Positions 15,298-16,967 of a DNA stretch of 16,967 bases are shown piece by piece (position 1 is the first letter of the stretch; each line of letters begins with the position of its first letter). Location of the stretch: the NCBI GenBank assembly GCA_964247135.1, contig CAXTTL010000096.1, positions 1 through 16,967 on the forward strand, read 5' to 3'. This DNA comes from an uncultured Deinococcales bacterium. Lineage in GTDB: Bacteria; Deinococcota; Deinococci; Deinococcales; JAAFIG01. The translations under genes were made by a program, and so were the position numbers. Under the pieces are notes generated by a model. The model saw only the letters and a list, made by a program, of their open reading frames with translations, did no database searches and was not told the DNA's origin.

Positions 15298-16593
15298 ATG
15301 AAAACCGTTGCAGATTTGCCACGTCCAGTCTTTCCTGAAGATTACCCAACTCGAGTGGGACAATTTTTGGCAGAATGCTACGAACAACACGGTCCAATTT
15401 TTGCCCGCGACATTGACGGGCGCGAACTGGTGTACTTGGTCGGACCCGAGGCAAACCGTTTTGTGCTGCTCGAGAATCGGGCGGCGTTCTCGCACGATCT
15501 GGGTTGGACGCCAATTATGGGCGAAATCATGGGCAAGGGTTTATTGAACATGGACGGCGCACCACACGACGCGCAACGCAAAATGATGAACCCAGCGTTT
15601 ACCCAAGATTACATGGACAGGTACTTGCCGATCATGAACCGCGTGATTGACCGTTATGTCTCGAGCTGGCTTGAACAAGGCACGGTCAATGTCTACGAAG
15701 AAGCCCGCAAGATCACTTTTGATGTGGCAGCCGAAGCGCTGGTGGGCTTCTCTGACCAAGCTGAAATTGACGAGTTCAGGCGCTTGTTCACGGTGCTTTT
15801 GATGGGCAATGGTGAGGACACCACCCAAGAACAAGCCTTCCAAACCGCCATGAACACCAAAGAAACGCTGTCAAAAATGCTGCTCGAGCAAATCGAACAA
15901 CGCCGCCAAAAACCTACCGATGACGTGCTTGGCATGTTGGTTCGCGCTCGAGATGGGGCGGGCAATGCGCTTTCTGACGAGCAATTGCTGGGGCATACCA
16001 ACATTTTGCTGGTCGCTGGTCATGAAACCAGCACCAGCCTAAGCGCCTGGCTGTTGTGTCTGCTGGCGCAAAACCCCGAGTACACCGCCAGAATCCGAGC
16101 CGAACTGACGGCTGTACTGGGCGACAAAGACCCGCACCTCGAGGGGGTCAAGCAGTTGAAGGTCTTGGGATATGCGCTTTCCGAAGCCGAGCGTTTGTAC
16201 CCACCTGTGGCAAACGCACCTCGAGGCACGGTACAAGATTTTGAATTTAACGGCTTCCATATTCCCGCAGGCACAAGAATGATTTACTCGATTGCTGCCA
16301 GCCACCAGTTGCCACACATCTGGCAGAACCCCGCCAGCTTTGACCCAGACCGTTTTGCACCACCTCGAGAGGAAGACAAAAAGCATCAGTTTGCCCTGGT
16401 GGGATTTGGCGGTGGACCGAGGGTTTGTATTGGCATCAACTTTGCCACCGTCGAAATGAAAGCCATGATCGCCCAGATTTTACGGCGTTTTGACCTTGCG
16501 CTTGAGCCAGGATTTAAACCCTATCAAGTTTATTTTGGTGCGACTGGAATGCCGTTTGGTGGGATTCAATTGAGGGTTAGTGCTCGAGCCTAA
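15298..16593 (+). CDS. Cytochrome P450
   Basis: I-helix AGHETS, ExxR (EAERLYPP), FDPDRF, heme motif FGGGPRVCIG. ATG 15298 preferred over TTG 15232. Confidence 0.95.
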   Translation: MKTVADLPRPVFPEDYPTRVGQFLAECYEQHGPIFARDIDGRELVYLVGPEANRFVLLENRAAFSHDLGWTPIMGEIMGKGLLNMDGAPHDAQRKMMNPAFTQDYMDRYLPIMNRVIDRYVSSWLEQGTVNVYEEARKITFDVAAEALVGFSDQAEIDEFRRLFTVLLMGNGEDTTQEQAFQTAMNTKETLSKMLLEQIEQRRQKPTDDVLGMLVRARDGAGNALSDEQLLGHTNILLVAGHETSTSLSAWLLCLLAQNPEYTARIRAELTAVLGDKDPHLEGVKQLKVLGYALSEAERLYPPVANAPRGTVQDFEFNGFHIPAGTRMIYSIAASHQLPHIWQNPASFDPDRFAPPREEDKKHQFALVGFGGGPRVCIGINFATVEMKAMIAQILRRFDLALEPGFKPYQVYFGATGMPFGGIQLRVSARA

Positions 16594-16633
16594 AGCGGTC
16601 ATCAAACACGATTGACCAAATTAATTTTTATTA

Positions 16634-16967
16634 TCAACCAATCCTCGATGCCCGTTCAGCCAGCAATGCGGCTTGGACACGATTGCGAACCTGAAGCTTT
16701 TGCAAGATGTTGGTCATGTAGCCCTTGACGGTGTTCTCGGTCAACTCGAGCCGAGCCGCGATTTCTTTGTTGCTGCGCCCTGCCGCGACCAACTCGAGAA
16801 TCGAATGCTCGCGTGGTGTTAAATCCTCGAGCAGACTGGCGCTTGTTTTGCTGGATGCCGAAGCCATTTCCGAGAGCACACCCGCCGCCAAACTGGGCGA
16901 GACAAAGACCTCACCGCGATGGACAGCTCGCACGATGCCACGCAATTCACGCCCAGTCACGCCCTTG
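16634..16967 (-). CDS. NarL/FixJ-family response regulator (C-terminal part; 5' end outside the window)
   Basis: End of the receiver domain (KGVTGRELRGIVRAVHRGE) plus a LuxR HTH, LTPREHSILELVAAGRSNKEIAARLELTENTVKGYMTNILQKL. Confidence 0.92.
   Translation of the reverse strand, partial: KGVTGRELRGIVRAVHRGEVFVSPSLAAGVLSEMASASSKTSASLLEDLTPREHSILELVAAGRSNKEIAARLELTENTVKGYMTNILQKLQVRNRVQAALLAERASRIG

Noticed and set aside
14287-16593. Rieske protein as the electron donor for the P450
   Set aside because: The Rieske has a Tat-type export anchor while the P450 looks cytoplasmic, and hairpins and a separate promoter lie between them.
449-16831. CTCGAG recurrences as a CRISPR array, tandem repeat or cloning scars
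   Set aside because: Only 6 bp long, irregularly spaced, and embedded in intact reading frames in all three phases. There is no repeat-spacer structure and no cas gene.

Overview
A mostly housekeeping bacterial window of about 50-55% GC (by eye). Gene content, ccm operon layout and apparently leaderless genes suggest Deinococcota (inference). Left to right: (1) an AT-rich (~29% GC) frameshifted erythromycin-esterase-like lipoprotein pseudogene; (2) a MarR regulator plus a DHA2/EmrB-type MFS efflux pump carrying a ~280-aa insertion with three internal repeats; (3) an acuB-acuA-acuC protein acetylation/deacetylation operon; (4) skp/ompH; (5) a complete System I cytochrome c maturation cluster, ccmA-B-C-D-E-F-G-H, with ccmD missing from the ORF track, followed by a CcmI/TPR-cytochrome c fusion and a Tat-type Rieske protein; (6) a cytochrome P450; (7) the 3' end of a NarL-type response regulator. 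The strongest signal not explained by these genes is the palindrome CTCGAG. I counted about 110 copies by hand (1 per ~150 bp, versus ~4-5 expected), in all three codon frames and between genes, which resembles a HIP-type highly iterated palindrome system. Several intergenic gaps hold REP-like hairpin elements of at least two families.
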